Shown: piece after piece, positions 21,962 to 34,490 of the stretch
Layout: each line of letters starts with the position of its first letter
How positions within the stretch are numbered: position 1 is the first letter of the stretch
Source of the DNA: Raja brachyura
Lineage: Eukaryota
NCBI GenBank assembly: GCA_963514005.1
Contig: OY740809.1
Location: forward strand, 14,074,001 to 14,138,000
Length of the DNA: 64,000 nt
Direction of reading: 5' to 3'
Program-made: the position numbers and the translations under genes
The notes under the pieces: generated by a model
Databases searched by the model: none
Told to the model about the DNA's origin: nothing
Seen by the model: the letters and a program-made list of their open reading frames with translations, nothing else

Positions 21962-22995
21962 TAGCAATGTTACAAAATTTTGAGATTTTAAAAATCAAGT
22001 CTGAAATTTATCCCATCTGATAAAGCATAAAAAGAAGTATAATTTGACACCTAATTCACTTTCATATCTTCAGTATTAAGAAAGTTATGACCATTTTCAT
22101 ACTCAGAAATTAGCATCCTGTTCCCCATTGCCTTTCAATTGACTTAACTCAAAAGCTGTGATCTAGAACCGTTAAAAGCCCATAACTTTCTTAAAAATTA
22201 AGAGAACTCAATGAAATTTTCAGTTATTATAGATTGAAGCATTCTGAAACAAATATGAAACAATCTTACTTGGATGACCTGAAATTAAAGCATATAATTA
22301 GTTAGTTATCTAATTGTAGCTAATTAGAAAATTCAATTACTAGATCTAAACATCTATCCATTTCTTAAGAAAAGATAAACTTTTTTTAAATTGCCTAAGT
22401 GTCCAAATAACATTCACACAATAATCCACAATATAACATAATTTTTAAATCTCATTTTCATGAATTTCTGGGCCAAATGGAATGAATTTAGTGTTTAATG
22501 CCTGTAAATTAATGGCCATTTAAATCAACTAGCGAGTGGGTTTTAGTGAAATGCGGTGGATTGGAACGTTGCGGTTTGCGTTGAAGTCGGTAGGAAAAAT
22601 ACAGCCGGTTCATACATTTTTTTGGACCCCATTTCGCAACATGAAAATATTATTAAAGCCTCCATAAAAAACATATTCTAATATAAAAATAAACTGTGTA
22701 CCTTTTTTTCTCCCCTACGCAAAATCCTTCCCGTTGTCGACACTCACGGCTTTTGAAGGTGATTTTTAAATTACTCTAGATAATAAATAATCTAGCGTAA
22801 TTTAAAAGTACCTTCATGAATGAAATGTCGGGGCGATTTTTCTTCCGCAACGAAATCGCCCGACATGGATCGATTTGCCCAATCTGAAGAAAGACGGCAC
22901 TTTAAGCCTGCCCCCCTCTGAAAGGCGCCAAAGTCACGCACACGGGGAGCGGCAGAACTGCAGCGCTGCTCAAGGTAAGTTTTGTAACATACCTA
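21962..22995. mobile_element. Non-autonomous TIR element with a 7-bp TSD (hAT-like, possibly hATw)
   Basis: TIR tagcaatgttacaaaa / ttttgtaacataccta. TSD cagcata at 21955-21961 and 22996-23002. Confidence 0.8.
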
Positions 22996-24609
22996 CAGCA
23001 TAGATTTAAAAATCTCTAGAAGCAAGGAACTACAGATGCTGGTTTGCAAAAAAAAAAGGAAAATGTGCTGGAGCAACTCAGCAGATCAGGCAGCATCGTT
23101 GGAAAACATGGATAGGTGTTCTCCATGATCTTTAAAAATCTCTGTCAGAGACCCAGTCTTCTTTTCCATTGCCTGTCATTGCAGGTTAGGATAAGTCTTT
23201 AAACCTACAAGGATATCTAACAACTCTTCCCTTTTAATTATAACATGTTTGAGAATTTCAGTATCCCCCCCCCCCCCTTAATTCAAGACCTCACCAATGT
23301 TCTCTGGCTCCATGCATGACTTGCCTCTCTGAAGAGATGCTACTTTCTCCCTGATTTTAGCCATGTGTCCTTACTATTTGTAGTGCTTTGGGATTTTCCT
23401 TCATTGTCTCAGACACCAATATTTCATGCCCCCTCTTTACACTCTCACCTTATTTTTCTAAATATGTTCCTACATTTTCCATGCTGTCTCTGGCCCATCC
23501 CATTTTCAGTTCTCCATACCTGCCATATGCTTCCAATTTTTTTTTGTCAATTCAACTTCTCCAAAGAATTACATCAGTACAATCATTTTTCTCTGTATTC
23601 GTATGTCAAATGCAGGTTGTTGTATGTTATGTTTATTTGCTCAGCTCTTGTGGCTTTACTGAAAACCTTGGCCCTCTGGCAAAGTGAACAACCCATCTCA
23701 TAAGTGTTTTTGTGTTGGGAAATAGTTTTTCTCTATTGTAGTGGAAATATTCCCATAAATCTATTCTGTAAAGCACTGCCTTATGGCAGAATGTGTAGCT
23801 ATGCCATCATGCTGAAAGATGACACTCAATTCTGCTGTTCCCAATTGCAGTCCATCAAGGTGAGGCATGACAAGTAGGAATGTCCCCTGAGAGAACACAA
23901 TTGATAAGAGATCCAGCTCGCACTACCTCGAGACTGATTAAAAAAATGGTAAAAAGAGTTCTGAGACACCCAAGCCTTCCTGTTTCCTTCACAGGAGGGT
24001 ACATTGAACATAAAGAAATGGAAACATATCAATTGCAAAAGAACTGTCTCTTGGGCTGATGGCACTTCAGTTCTTTGTAATTGTTCTTCCTGTCATTGAC
24101 TAATTATCAGGCAAGTGAAAGGGGGCATTTTATTTCTGTCACCAGCTGGAAATTCTTTTCTCAGTATCTGTGTGTTGTGGTATTGTGTTACCTGTAAAAT
24201 TGAAAGTTTAAACTAATATAAACATAACATACTGTAACAAGGAACAGTAATGTTAAATAGGGGTAATTTTAATCAGAGTAACAATTTGAGCACACATCAA
24301 AGCTGAATGCAGTATATAGGGTTTCATAAATCACGGACAAGCAATTCTTGCTCCATGTGGAAACCCAGGATACTTTACATGCCTTAGGGACCATGTGTGG
24401 GACCTTGGTGTCTCCAGCTGTTTGAGTTTGTCCAGGGTCACCAAGCTTGCAAGGCACCGGGAAACAGTGTGAAGTATATTGGATACTTCCAGTGTTTCCA
24501 GGATTGAATGTTGCAGATCATTGACATCTTGTAACCAGATGATGTTCAGAGATGTAAATGGGTGGTCATTTACAACACCAGAAGGAGAATGTAAGGATCT
24601 TCAGGAAGA

Positions 24610-24826
24610 CAATGGACAATAGACAACCGATGAGGGAGTAGGCCATTCGGCCCTTCGCGCCAGCACCGGCATTCAATGTGATCATGGCTGATCATCCATA
24701 ACCAGTACCCGGTTCCTGCTTTCTCCCCTCATCCCCTGACTCTGCTATCTTTAAGAACTCTATCTAACTCTCTCTTGAAAGCATCCACATAACCGGCCTC
24801 CACCACCTTCCGAGGCAGAGAATTCA
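24610..24826 (-). mobile_element. CR1 3' end
   Basis: (gacaata)n tail and aggccattcggcccttc...catggctgatcatcc 3' UTR. Confidence 0.85.
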
Positions 24827-25276
24827 TTGAGCATACATCAAAGCTGAATGCAGTATATAGGGTTTCATAAAACCAGTTCCTGAAACCAGTGCTCATCATT
24901 ACAGCCTGGTAGGGTGAACATTTGTAGTTCCAAAAATAGGACCTAGATTAAGGCAGATAAAGCAGATTAAAGCATAATTTGAATTAACTTCATAGCTCTA
25001 CAAAGATCCCAAGGATTTAATGATTCTGAAGATGGGTTAAGAAATCTCTCCTTAGTTCCATCTTTTCAACTGACCCCTTAATCATAGCACTTTGCACTCA
25101 TCGCTGAAACCAATTAGAGAACCTCCGCTGTGCTGACTTTGAGTTACCCATGTACATCGTTCTGCAAACAAAGAGACCAATGCGACTTACACTTTTTCAA
25201 ATTAGTTCTTATCAAAGCCCTGTGAAATATGTGCAAGACATTTTTATTTCTACACTCCAATTCCTCTATAATACTA

Positions 25277-25406
25277 NNNNNNNNNNNNNNNNNNNNNNNN
25301 NNNNNNNNNNNNNNNNNNNNNNNNNNNNNNNNNNNNNNNNNNNNNNNNNNNNNNNNNNNNNNNNNNNNNNNNNNNNNNNNNNNNNNNNNNNNNNNNNNNN
25401 NNNNNN
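25277..25406. other. Assembly gap (130 N)
   Basis: Run of N. Confidence 1.
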
Positions 25407-26741
25407 TATTTTCTTCCAAATGCTATGCCCCAGGCGCGTCCCATTTTCACACATCCTACTCAAATTTTTCCCGTTGAGGCGATAAAAATCTTCCCGTCAC
25501 ATTCCCACCTATATTTCCAAAGTTATTAATCATTTAAAGTTTTTTAAAAAGCCCGAAAATTCACCCATTTCGGAAAACAAAAATGAATGATGTCACTATG
25601 CACTCGCAAGGCAGGACGGGACAATCTGGGAGGGAGGGGCACACCAGCGTTCGAGGTGAATGAGGAGCGGCGGCTGCCGATGCCCGACACCTGGTGGGGA
25701 GGGTGATGTTGGAGTGAGGGCTTGGGATGGGGCCTTGACCGTGGCCGAGAAAGAAGCCGCCGCTGGAACCAAGGACGAGCCTCGGTCCAGGGTCAGGGAC
25801 GAACCCAGAGATGAAGTCGGGGCGTGCACTGGAGCGCAGGCGGCGACCGAGCTGATGGCTCGAGTCCACACACAAGGCCGGCCTGAGTACGAGAACCAGG
25901 CCGAGTTCCAGGCCCTGGCGCTGCTCTATGACCTGGGTAGGTCCTGGGGCAGGGAATGGGAATGAGGGGAAGAGGATGAGGGAAATAAGGGGGAGGGAGA
26001 TGGGGTGGGGAGCGGGGTGGTACAGAGAGATGGGGGTGGGTGTGTGGAGGAGGGAAATGGGGAGATGTGGAGGAGGGAGATGTCCCTTTCCTATCTACCC
26101 TCTCACCCTCCCTACCCCCCTCCCCCTCTACCCCACTCCCTCTCCCTCCCTTGTCTTCTCCCTATCTACCCTCCCTCCCCCACTCTACCCCTCCCTCTCT
26201 CTCTTCCCCTTCCCTCTCCGCCCCTCTCTCTCTCTAACTCCCTCCCCCCCCTCCCTCTCTCTACATTCCCTCTCTACTCCCCTCTCCCTCTCTACCCCAC
26301 CCCCTCCCCCTTCCTCTCCCTCCCCCTCCCTCTCCCTCTCTTCTCTCTCCCTCTCTTCCCCCTCCCTCTCTTCCCCCTCCCTCTCTACCCCCCCTCCCTC
26401 TCTACCCCCCTCCCTCTCTACCCCCTTCCCTCTCTACTCCCTCCCTCTCTACCCATCCCTCTCCCCCCCCTCCCTCTCTACTTCCCCCCTCCCTCTCTAC
26501 CACCCCTCCCTCTCTACCCCCCCCCCCCCCTCTTTACCACCCCTCCCTCTCTAGGGATAGAAGAGGGAGGGTGAAGAGGAGGGAGTGCTGGGGGATGAGA
26601 AGAAATGAGCCATGCCTGCCCATTTGGGGGCTATGCATGAGTGGTGCAATATTGCATTGGGGGAACGGCTTGCGTTGGAACTGGTGCGTGGTGGAATCTT
26701 GCGTTGGGGAGCAGACCCAACGGGTCTGCATTTGGTCTAGT
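25407..26741. mobile_element. Non-autonomous element ending in a hairpin plus CTAG(T) (Helitron-like end or TIR); left end lies in the gap
   Basis: gcagaccc-aac-gggtctgc at 26711-26729, ctag at 26737-26740. Interrupts an old CR1 fragment. Confidence 0.55.
25960..26555. repeat. Polypurine then polypyrimidine low-complexity tract (ccctctctaccc-like units)
   Basis: Direct composition. Confidence 0.9.
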
Positions 26742-26784
26742 TTACAATAAAGACCAAATCCCTGTTTATCTTTCTATTTGATTG

Positions 26785-27090
26785 AATGATACAGCATGTA
26801 ATCAGGCCCTTCAGCTCACTGAGTCCACATTGAACATACATCACCCGTTCACACTAATTCTATGTTACCCATTTTCCCATCCATTCCCAACACGTTGGGG
26901 ACAATTTACAAAGGCCAATTACCCTGCAATTCCATACATCCTTGGGTAGAAACTGAAGCGCTCGGAGAAAGCCATGTGGATACAAGGAGAATGTGCAAAC
27001 TCCTCACAGACAGCATCTGAGACCAGGATCGAACCCGGGACTTTCGCGCCGTGAGACAGCGGTTCTACTTTTTGCACCACTGTACCGTCC
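26785..27090 (-). mobile_element. tRNA-derived V-SINE (HE1-like), near full length
   Basis: Minus strand has tggtgcaaaaagtag (A-box-like), ggttcgatcc (B box), the V-domain gagtttgcacattctcc and a CR1-like tail. Confidence 0.82.
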
Positions 27091-27381
27091 ATATTTGTTT
27101 GCTGTCCTTGCATAATAATATTGTGGAGCTCATGAAGCGTACTGTTTTCAAATGGACCTCAAATCGAAAACCAATATCAATAGCTTCATATCATTTAAAA
27201 AGTGTTTTCTTTTCTGATCTTTGGACCATTTCCTTACATTTTCCAGTGGTACATCCCTTTATTACCTTCTTCTTTGGCCCATGCAACTTATTTATGTGCA
27301 CTTGCTGATTCTTGTATCCCTCTCACAGCAGACTTTCCCTCCTAGCCTTACATTATCAGCAAATGTTTGGATATGATAGTC

Positions 27382-27918
27382 CAAGGGTGGGGAACTTGTG
27401 GCCTTAAGGCCGCATGTGGCCTTCTAGGCCATTAAGTGTGGCCTTTTGAATGAATCCAAAATTTGTAGAACAAATCATTTTATTTTTATTTAAGAAGGAA
27501 CTGCAGATGCTGGAAAATCGAAGGTAGACAAAAATGCTGGAGAAAGGTCTGAAGAAGGGTCTCTACCCGAATCGTCGCCTATTCCCTTCGCTCCATAGAT
27601 GCTGCCTCACCCGCTGAGTATCTCCAGAATTATTGTCTACCTTTTATTTTTACTAATATGTTTTTGTTCGTCTTTTATTATTTTTATTTTAATCTTAAAA
27701 AGAACGTAGTTAAAATACCAAAGAGAAAAAGAAGATTCAACAAAATAATCCTCCCTGACTGAAGGCCACAATTAAAAAGATCAGTAAGTCATGAGGGCTA
27801 TTTTAACAAAATAATGTACATTTTGATGTATATCTAATTGAAGTTTCTCGGAGGCGGCCTTATTAGATTACAGCTAACTTAATGCGGCATACCAACATGA
27901 AAAGGTTCCGCACCCCTG
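27382..27918. mobile_element. hAT (Charlie-like) MITE with a nested Penelope-terminus insert
   Basis: TIR caagggtggggaac / gttccgcacccctg; subterminal tgtggcc repeats; degenerate 8-bp TSD. Confidence 0.72.
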
Positions 27919-29355
27919 CGTTTGTCCTTGTTTGTTTCATCTGTCAGCTCTGCCAATTCATCAAAGGAAGCTTCCTGTTGACCATCTCCCCCACTGTTTC
28001 CCAGGAAACCTATTCTTTCAAATATTTACACACTCCCGTTTGAAATTCATAAGGCCCGATCGTGCCATCTTTTTCATCCAGTTCCAATTGAACACATCAT
28101 CCAATTGTCCCACCTTTGCAGTAAGAAGTAGAACCTGGTATCTGCACCAGCTTAGACCTGACCCAGTAGACACATAGAATTGGGCAGGCACTGGAATCTT
28201 GCTGAGAACACAAAGTGCTGGAGTAACTCTGCGAGTCAGGCAGCATCGCTGGAGAACATAGATGGGCATGATCTACACCAGCCTTGATGGCTGTCACCAT
28301 TCAAATATGGGCTGTTCAGGCCAATCTGAGGGCCCTGGAGAAGTGAGGATATGGATGGCCCATGATGATTTCTAGCAGGGGCCCTGGATGGAATAATGTT
28401 CAGCATTCGGTCTGCTTTTTCCACTGATTCAGGAAATTTCAAATAACTCGTGACTTAAAACGTTTCTTACCCGTATCGCCTAAGCTTTCTTTTGCCAGCT
28501 ATTTTAAATCTCTTTTCTCTGTTTATTGACCCATCTGTCACTGGAATCCATTTCAGCTTATTTGTTCGATCAAAAGCTTCACAATTTTCAAGTCTTCCCT
28601 TAACCTTTTCTGCTCCAAGGAGAGAATATCAATTTCATCTAACCTTTCTATTCAGCTGACGTTCATCTTTAGTACCTTTGACTAATTCACTTCAGCAGAC
28701 TTTTAAAGCTCCATATCATAATTAATTCTGGTGCCTCAAATTAGTGACAATGCTGGTATTTTAATAACAGTTTGTGATAATGTCCTTGATTTTGAATAAC
28801 ATTTAAGTTGGAGAGTCAGACTATTTTTATTTTTAAGGACACTTCACAAGGTGCTCTGTCATTTTTCAAAAACATGGCTCATCCGTCTCTCCATTCATGC
28901 TTCTGCTATACGTACAGCATTGTGCACAGTTCTGGTCACCACACTACAAGAAGGATGTGGTAATACTAGAAAGACTGTTGAAGACATTCATCAGAATGGT
29001 TCCAGGAATTGACCCCTTATAGTTCTTATAGTTCTTCATAGGTCCCCGAAAGTGGCAACACAGGTAAATGCAGTGGTAAAAATACACACGCTATGTTTGC
29101 CTTTATTGGTCGGGACATTGTTTATAAAATTAGGGAGGCATGTTGCAGCTTTGTAAAACATCCACTGCATTTGGAGTACTGTGTTAATGGTTTCCCCATT
29201 AAAATAACAATATGGTGGCTTTGGTGAGGGTGCTGAAGAGGTTTACCAGAATGCTGCCTGGATTAATGGATATTAGCTATAACAGGATGTGAGACAACCT
29301 TGGATTGTTTATTTTAAAGGTTCAGAGGTTCAGGAAAGACCGATAAAATTATATA

Positions 29356-29530
29356 ATTTTACTTCGGAGTCACGTGAGTGACTGCGTGAAGAACCCCGGC
29401 TGCCCGCAGTGCGCGTCATTACGACACACGCATTTGCGAAGCGCCGGTCTGGCAGGCATGTCGCTCCTCCCGGCGGTAAGTTTAAACTCCAGGTAAGTAT
29501 TTCTTACCTGTTTTTTGATGTCTTGCAGGA
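29356..29530 (+). mobile_element. DIRS 5' terminal fragment (copy D, A-like left end) in a CR1 remnant
   Basis: ATTttacttcggagtcacgtgagtgactgcgtgaagaaccc matches the left-end half of the ICR of A. Followed by two gtaagt donors and a ttgcag acceptor. Confidence 0.85.
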
Positions 29531-31257
29531 ACCCTTTTTTCCACCAGTGTCACCACATTACTGAACCACTCCATACAGGCAACACCCTGGTGAATCTCTT
29601 CTGTACCCAGTCCAGTGTTATCACACCCTTCCGGCAGTGTGGTGAGCAGAACATGCATGCTGTACTTCAGGTGAGACTGACCAAGGCAAGAGAGAGGAAG
29701 TTTAGCAGGCATCTGAGGGGTAATTTTCTCACAAAAAAGAGTGTGAATGAGTTGACAGAGAAGTATTGGCGGCTGGAACAGTGGCAACATTTGAGAGGCA
29801 CCAGAATGGTCAGGGCACAAAGGAAAGTGGAATTATTGCAGGCAAGTGGGATTCGTACTAATAGTTTCTGTGTTGTACAATTCTGTGGCTCTATAACTCT
29901 CTGAATGTATCCCAGGCGGAATAATTTCAGGATATGACACAAATGCTGGAGTAACTCGGCAGTTCAGGCAGCATCTCTGGAGAACATACATAGGTGACGT
30001 TTCAGGTCGGGACCCTTTTTCAGATTTCAGAATGCTAGGTGGAATGTGTAAGACCACTGCTGCTCTTTTTTTTGATGTATTTATATTGTTATGTTGTGTG
30101 CACACCAGCAGCAAATCAGGGTAAAAATAAAGCTTCAGAACATAAATCCAATAAAATATGGAACTGTTGGTTGTAAAGAGAGACAGGCACAACCTAATTA
30201 CAGAACAGCAAACCTAACATGGGCGGAGGAAAGGTGGCAGATAGAAGGGTCTCGACCCGAAACGTCACCCATTCCTTCGCTCCATAGATGCTGCCTCACC
30301 CGCTGAGTTTCTCCAGCATTTTTGTCTACGGGCAGAGGAAATATAGAATAAAAATCTCTAAGAGACAGTATAAATCTCTATTTGGAAAGTCAAAGCTTAA
30401 TCAAGGACAATCTGCATGCATTTTTAATGGAGGGTCTGTTTCTGATTAAATTGATTGAATTTTTTGGAAAGATAACAAGGAGGTCAATGAGGATGGTACA
30501 TTTGATATAGTCTCCATGGATTTTAATAAGTTGCTTAACTAAATTCTATATGACAGATTAATCATAAAAATAAAAGCCCATTGAAAGTCACACCGTAGAA
30601 AATCAAGGCAAATAGTCTTCCTAAGTGGATGTGGATGGTCTTTGACAAGGATCAGTTCCAGGTCCATTTATTTGCAGTATATGTGATTAATTTAGAGTTA
30701 AAAGCAGGAGGCATGCCAAAGAATGTTGCAAATTATTACAAATTGGCAATGTGGTTGAAGTGAATAAGAAAATGATTGGCTGCAGGATCGACTGGTGGAC
30801 TGACAGTGGAGGGGCAAACATGTGGCAGATGGATTTCACTTTGGGTAAGTGTGAGGTTTTATTAATGGGAAGGGCAAACAAGTCAAGATAACTCTTAATA
30901 AATGACATGGCGCTGAGGACTAGCAGGATGTGGGAAGCTTGCTTGTTGATTTCTAAGTGACCTGGATGGCACACAGAGAAGCCTAAATGGTACCCAGGGT
31001 CTTAGCTGAGGCAGTGAGATCACAAACTATGAACAAAATGCCCACTGCTGGAGTACTGTGTTTAGTCCTCATCCTACATAATAACATTAGAGCAAAATGT
31101 GCACCTAATTCATGAGATCTTTGTTATGCTCCTTTGATTTTGGACCAAGGCCAAGCACTTAAACCAAATTCCCTTGGAATGTGTTTTATCCATGTGCTTT
31201 AAACATTCAAGGAGAGCAAAAGGAAAAAAAGTCATATTCTGGAGCCAACACAGCTTT

Positions 31258-31815
31258 ATGCACGCACGCACACACTCACACAGACATACACACACACCCT
31301 CAGACACACACAGACACATTCTCACACACACAGATACATACCCACAGATACACACAAAGACGCACACCACAGTCAAACATACAGAGACACACAGTGGAGG
31401 AGGTTTGGAGTTATCATTGATCGGGGGTTGAGGGGAATTTACACTGCCAGTGGAGCGTGTGGAGGAGGAGGGGTATCACTGTCTGTGGAGTGTGGGGTTA
31501 TCACTGACCATGGGGAGGGGAGGATTATTACTGACCGTTGGGGGATTATTACCTGACCTTGTGGGGGGGGAGAGGTAATCACTGATTGGGGGGATTATTA
31601 TTGACTGTGGGGGGGTTATTACTGACGATGGGGGGAGTGTTATTACTGTCTGTGGGGGGTTATTATGGCCTGTGGGGAATTATTACTGATTGTGGAGGGT
31701 GGGGCTAACTGTAGGGGGTGGGGGGGAGGAGTTATCACTGAATGTGAGGGAGGGGGACGTTCTCACTGAATATGGAGGGTGGGGTTCATGCTGGCTAGTG
31801 GTGGTTATCATTGTC
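31258..31815. repeat. Degenerate (CA)n tract followed by a G-rich minisatellite of about 22 bp (ggggttatcactgaccgtgg-like)
   Basis: Direct inspection. Confidence 0.8.
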
Positions 31816-33677
31816 TGCGGAAACATCGGATGGAAGCCATCAAATATGCTATGAACAGGCATCTGAGGCTCAGTTCATGCTGCCTCACTGCCGTTTCTCC
31901 CTCTCTGGGCCCATACTTGGGTTAGGTTTTTACATTGGGATTTACTTTGGGACACTTATTCACCTGTTCTTGCCGTAGGGACAGTGATCGTGTGTCAAAC
32001 TTAATGTCACTGTGGCAAGTGGATGTTGAACTACCATTAGTCTCACTTACAGTGCTGCCAACTTTCTTATGATTCCCAGATCTCAGTTCTGAACAGTTCT
32101 TGTAAACCAGCATCTGTAGTTCCTTGTATCCCAAGTTCTGAGTAGGTGCTTGGCCACGGTCTCCTATCCTGTCCACCAACCTGGCCACGTGTGCACCATA
32201 GATGGAAGGTCCCACTGGTTGGCTCGCTTCCTACCAAACGTTTAACTCAGACTGCCTGAAATACAATTTAAAATTATTGAACATTTACCACCTCTTACAA
32301 TATATGTGGGCAATAAACTTAACTGGGTCAGCAGCCAGCTTGTAATCACTGCATGATCAGACCTGACTGGAAGCAATTGGACAAGTCCAGGTGATTCAGC
32401 TTTATATGCCACATGCATTTGGAGCAAGAGTAGGCCATTCACCCCTTCAGCCTGACCCACCATTTAATGGGATTACAGATTTTCTGAAACTCCTCAAATC
32501 AACTTCCCTGCCACTCATTCTTCTCATTCCAAAGAGTAGACTTCCAAGACTTCCAGGACGGTCCAAGTGAACCTTCTCTGAACTCATGAAATATGAGATC
32601 TCATGAAATATCATTTTCCTTTTATAATTTCATCAACATTATTCACAACACTCTAGTGCGGTTTCACCTGTTAATGCCATCTCCATTTACAGGAAGACTT
32701 CCCTACTTTTGCACTCCAACCATCTTGAAGTAAAGGCCAACATTCTATTAGCCTTCTTTGGAAAAAGGCTGATCAGTCTGAAGAAGGGTTCTGACCCTAA
32801 ACATTACCTATTCCTTTTCTCCGGAAATGCTGCTTGACCCCCTGAGTTTCTTCAGCATTTTGTGTCTATCTTCAGTATAAACCATCATCTGCAGTTCCAT
32901 CCTACACATCCCATTATACTTGTCTGTTTCCTGTTGTACTAGACTGATAGCTTAACTGGGCCATGGATTATCAAACTTGAAATGGCTGCTTCTTCCCTAC
33001 TGCCAGTTAGCCAGTTCTCCATCCATGCTCTTTCATCAGAAAGGCAAGAGAGTTGGCTATTGATCTAAGGAAGCAGGTTTGGGGTTAGGTGCTAGGTGAG
33101 CACACGTGCTGTGTACTGGGATGAGCTCTGCAATGTACTGGGTGGGAAATCATCATATTATGGAAATAGGGATGGACCACGGGTGACTCTGGGCTCAATA
33201 GGAAAGGACAGAATGTTAATCTTCCAGAAATTGAGTTAGTTTCATCCATACTTAGTATCCCAGTCTGTAATATCTACATGCAGCACTCATCTTCAGTTAT
33301 GAAGGATGCAAGGACTGACAAGAAGAACACAAGTGAGGTTTGAGTGCAAGTGAAAATTATTTTCTCCATGGATCATCATGCAAGATATGTGCTGGAGCTG
33401 GAGTGATTGTCTGTTGGTTGACCAATGGGAATTATGGCTTGAGTCAGCTGCCTTGGTGAGGGGTGGGTAGAGGGGTTATATCTCCAGGTACTGAATCAGT
33501 AGAATAAAATGCTTTGAGGAAAGTCAATACAATCAAGTAGAAAAAGATCTTCAAAGCTGAAAGCTGAGGTCCACTGTCTAAGGGAGACCTTTGTGCAGGT
33601 TCTATTATTTATACGCACAACTGCTTCACATACTTACAATCCCCAGTAAATAAATGTTATCAGTTTTCATACTTGTT

Positions 33678-33852
33678 ATAGACAATATGTGCAGGAGTAG
33701 GCCATTCTGCCCTTCGAGCCAGCACCGCCATTCAATGTGATCATGGCTGATCATGCCCAATCAGTACCCCGCCGTTCCTGCCTTCTCCCCATATCCCCTG
33801 ACTATCCGTTATCTTTAAGAGCCCTATCTAGCTCTCTCTTGAAAGTATCCAG
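33678..33852 (-). mobile_element. CR1 3' end
   Basis: Same 3' UTR as 24610 and 37414. Confidence 0.85.
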
Positions 33853-34490
33853 AATCACAATCACAATAATACTTTATTAGCCAAATATGTTTTGCAACAT
33901 ACGAGGAATTTCACTTGCCAAGTCAGTCATACAAATAAAAAGCAACGGAACACGCAAAATACATTTTAACATAAGCATCCACCACAATGACTTCTCCATA
34001 TTCCTCACTGTGATGAAATGCGAAGAAAAGTTAAAATCTCTTCCCTTTTATGCTCTCTATCGCGGTCAGGGGCCTCGAGCCCTCCATTGACGGACGATCT
34101 TGACTCCCGCCGCCGGTGCCGTTTGGGCCCTTGGCATCGGGGCGGTCAGTTCCAGCATCGGGGGGATGTCAGCTCCCCCACGCCGGGTTGGGGCTGGTTG
34201 AGGCTCCGCGTCATTGGAGCTTCCCGACGCTCTCTCCCAAGACTGCGAGCTCTTGATGGTAAGTCCGCAGGCCGTGGTTGGAGCAATCACATGCAAGGGA
34301 TCACCTCCAATGTTAAGTCCACGCCCCCACGGTGAGGCCCAGATCAGTCCGTGGAGGCCTCCAGCTCCATCGATGGTAGACCGTAGAGCAACCGGAGATG
34401 CGGCCCGAAAATTAATCGCATCTCTGGCAAGGTAAGAAACTGAAAAAAAGTTTCCCCCGACCCCATCCCCCTCCATAAAACAAACCGGAG
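33853..34490 (-). mobile_element. GC-rich non-coding retroposon with aataaa and a (gattgt)n tail
   Basis: Tail at 33853-33880. Head region resembles 9560-9700. Confidence 0.6.

Noticed and set aside
25928-26574. 189-208 aa P/L/S-rich ORFs
   Set aside because: Artefact of the C/T low-complexity tract.
31400-31815. Repeat-spacer appearance suggesting CRISPR
   Set aside because: Degenerate G-rich minisatellite in a eukaryotic context, with no cas genes.
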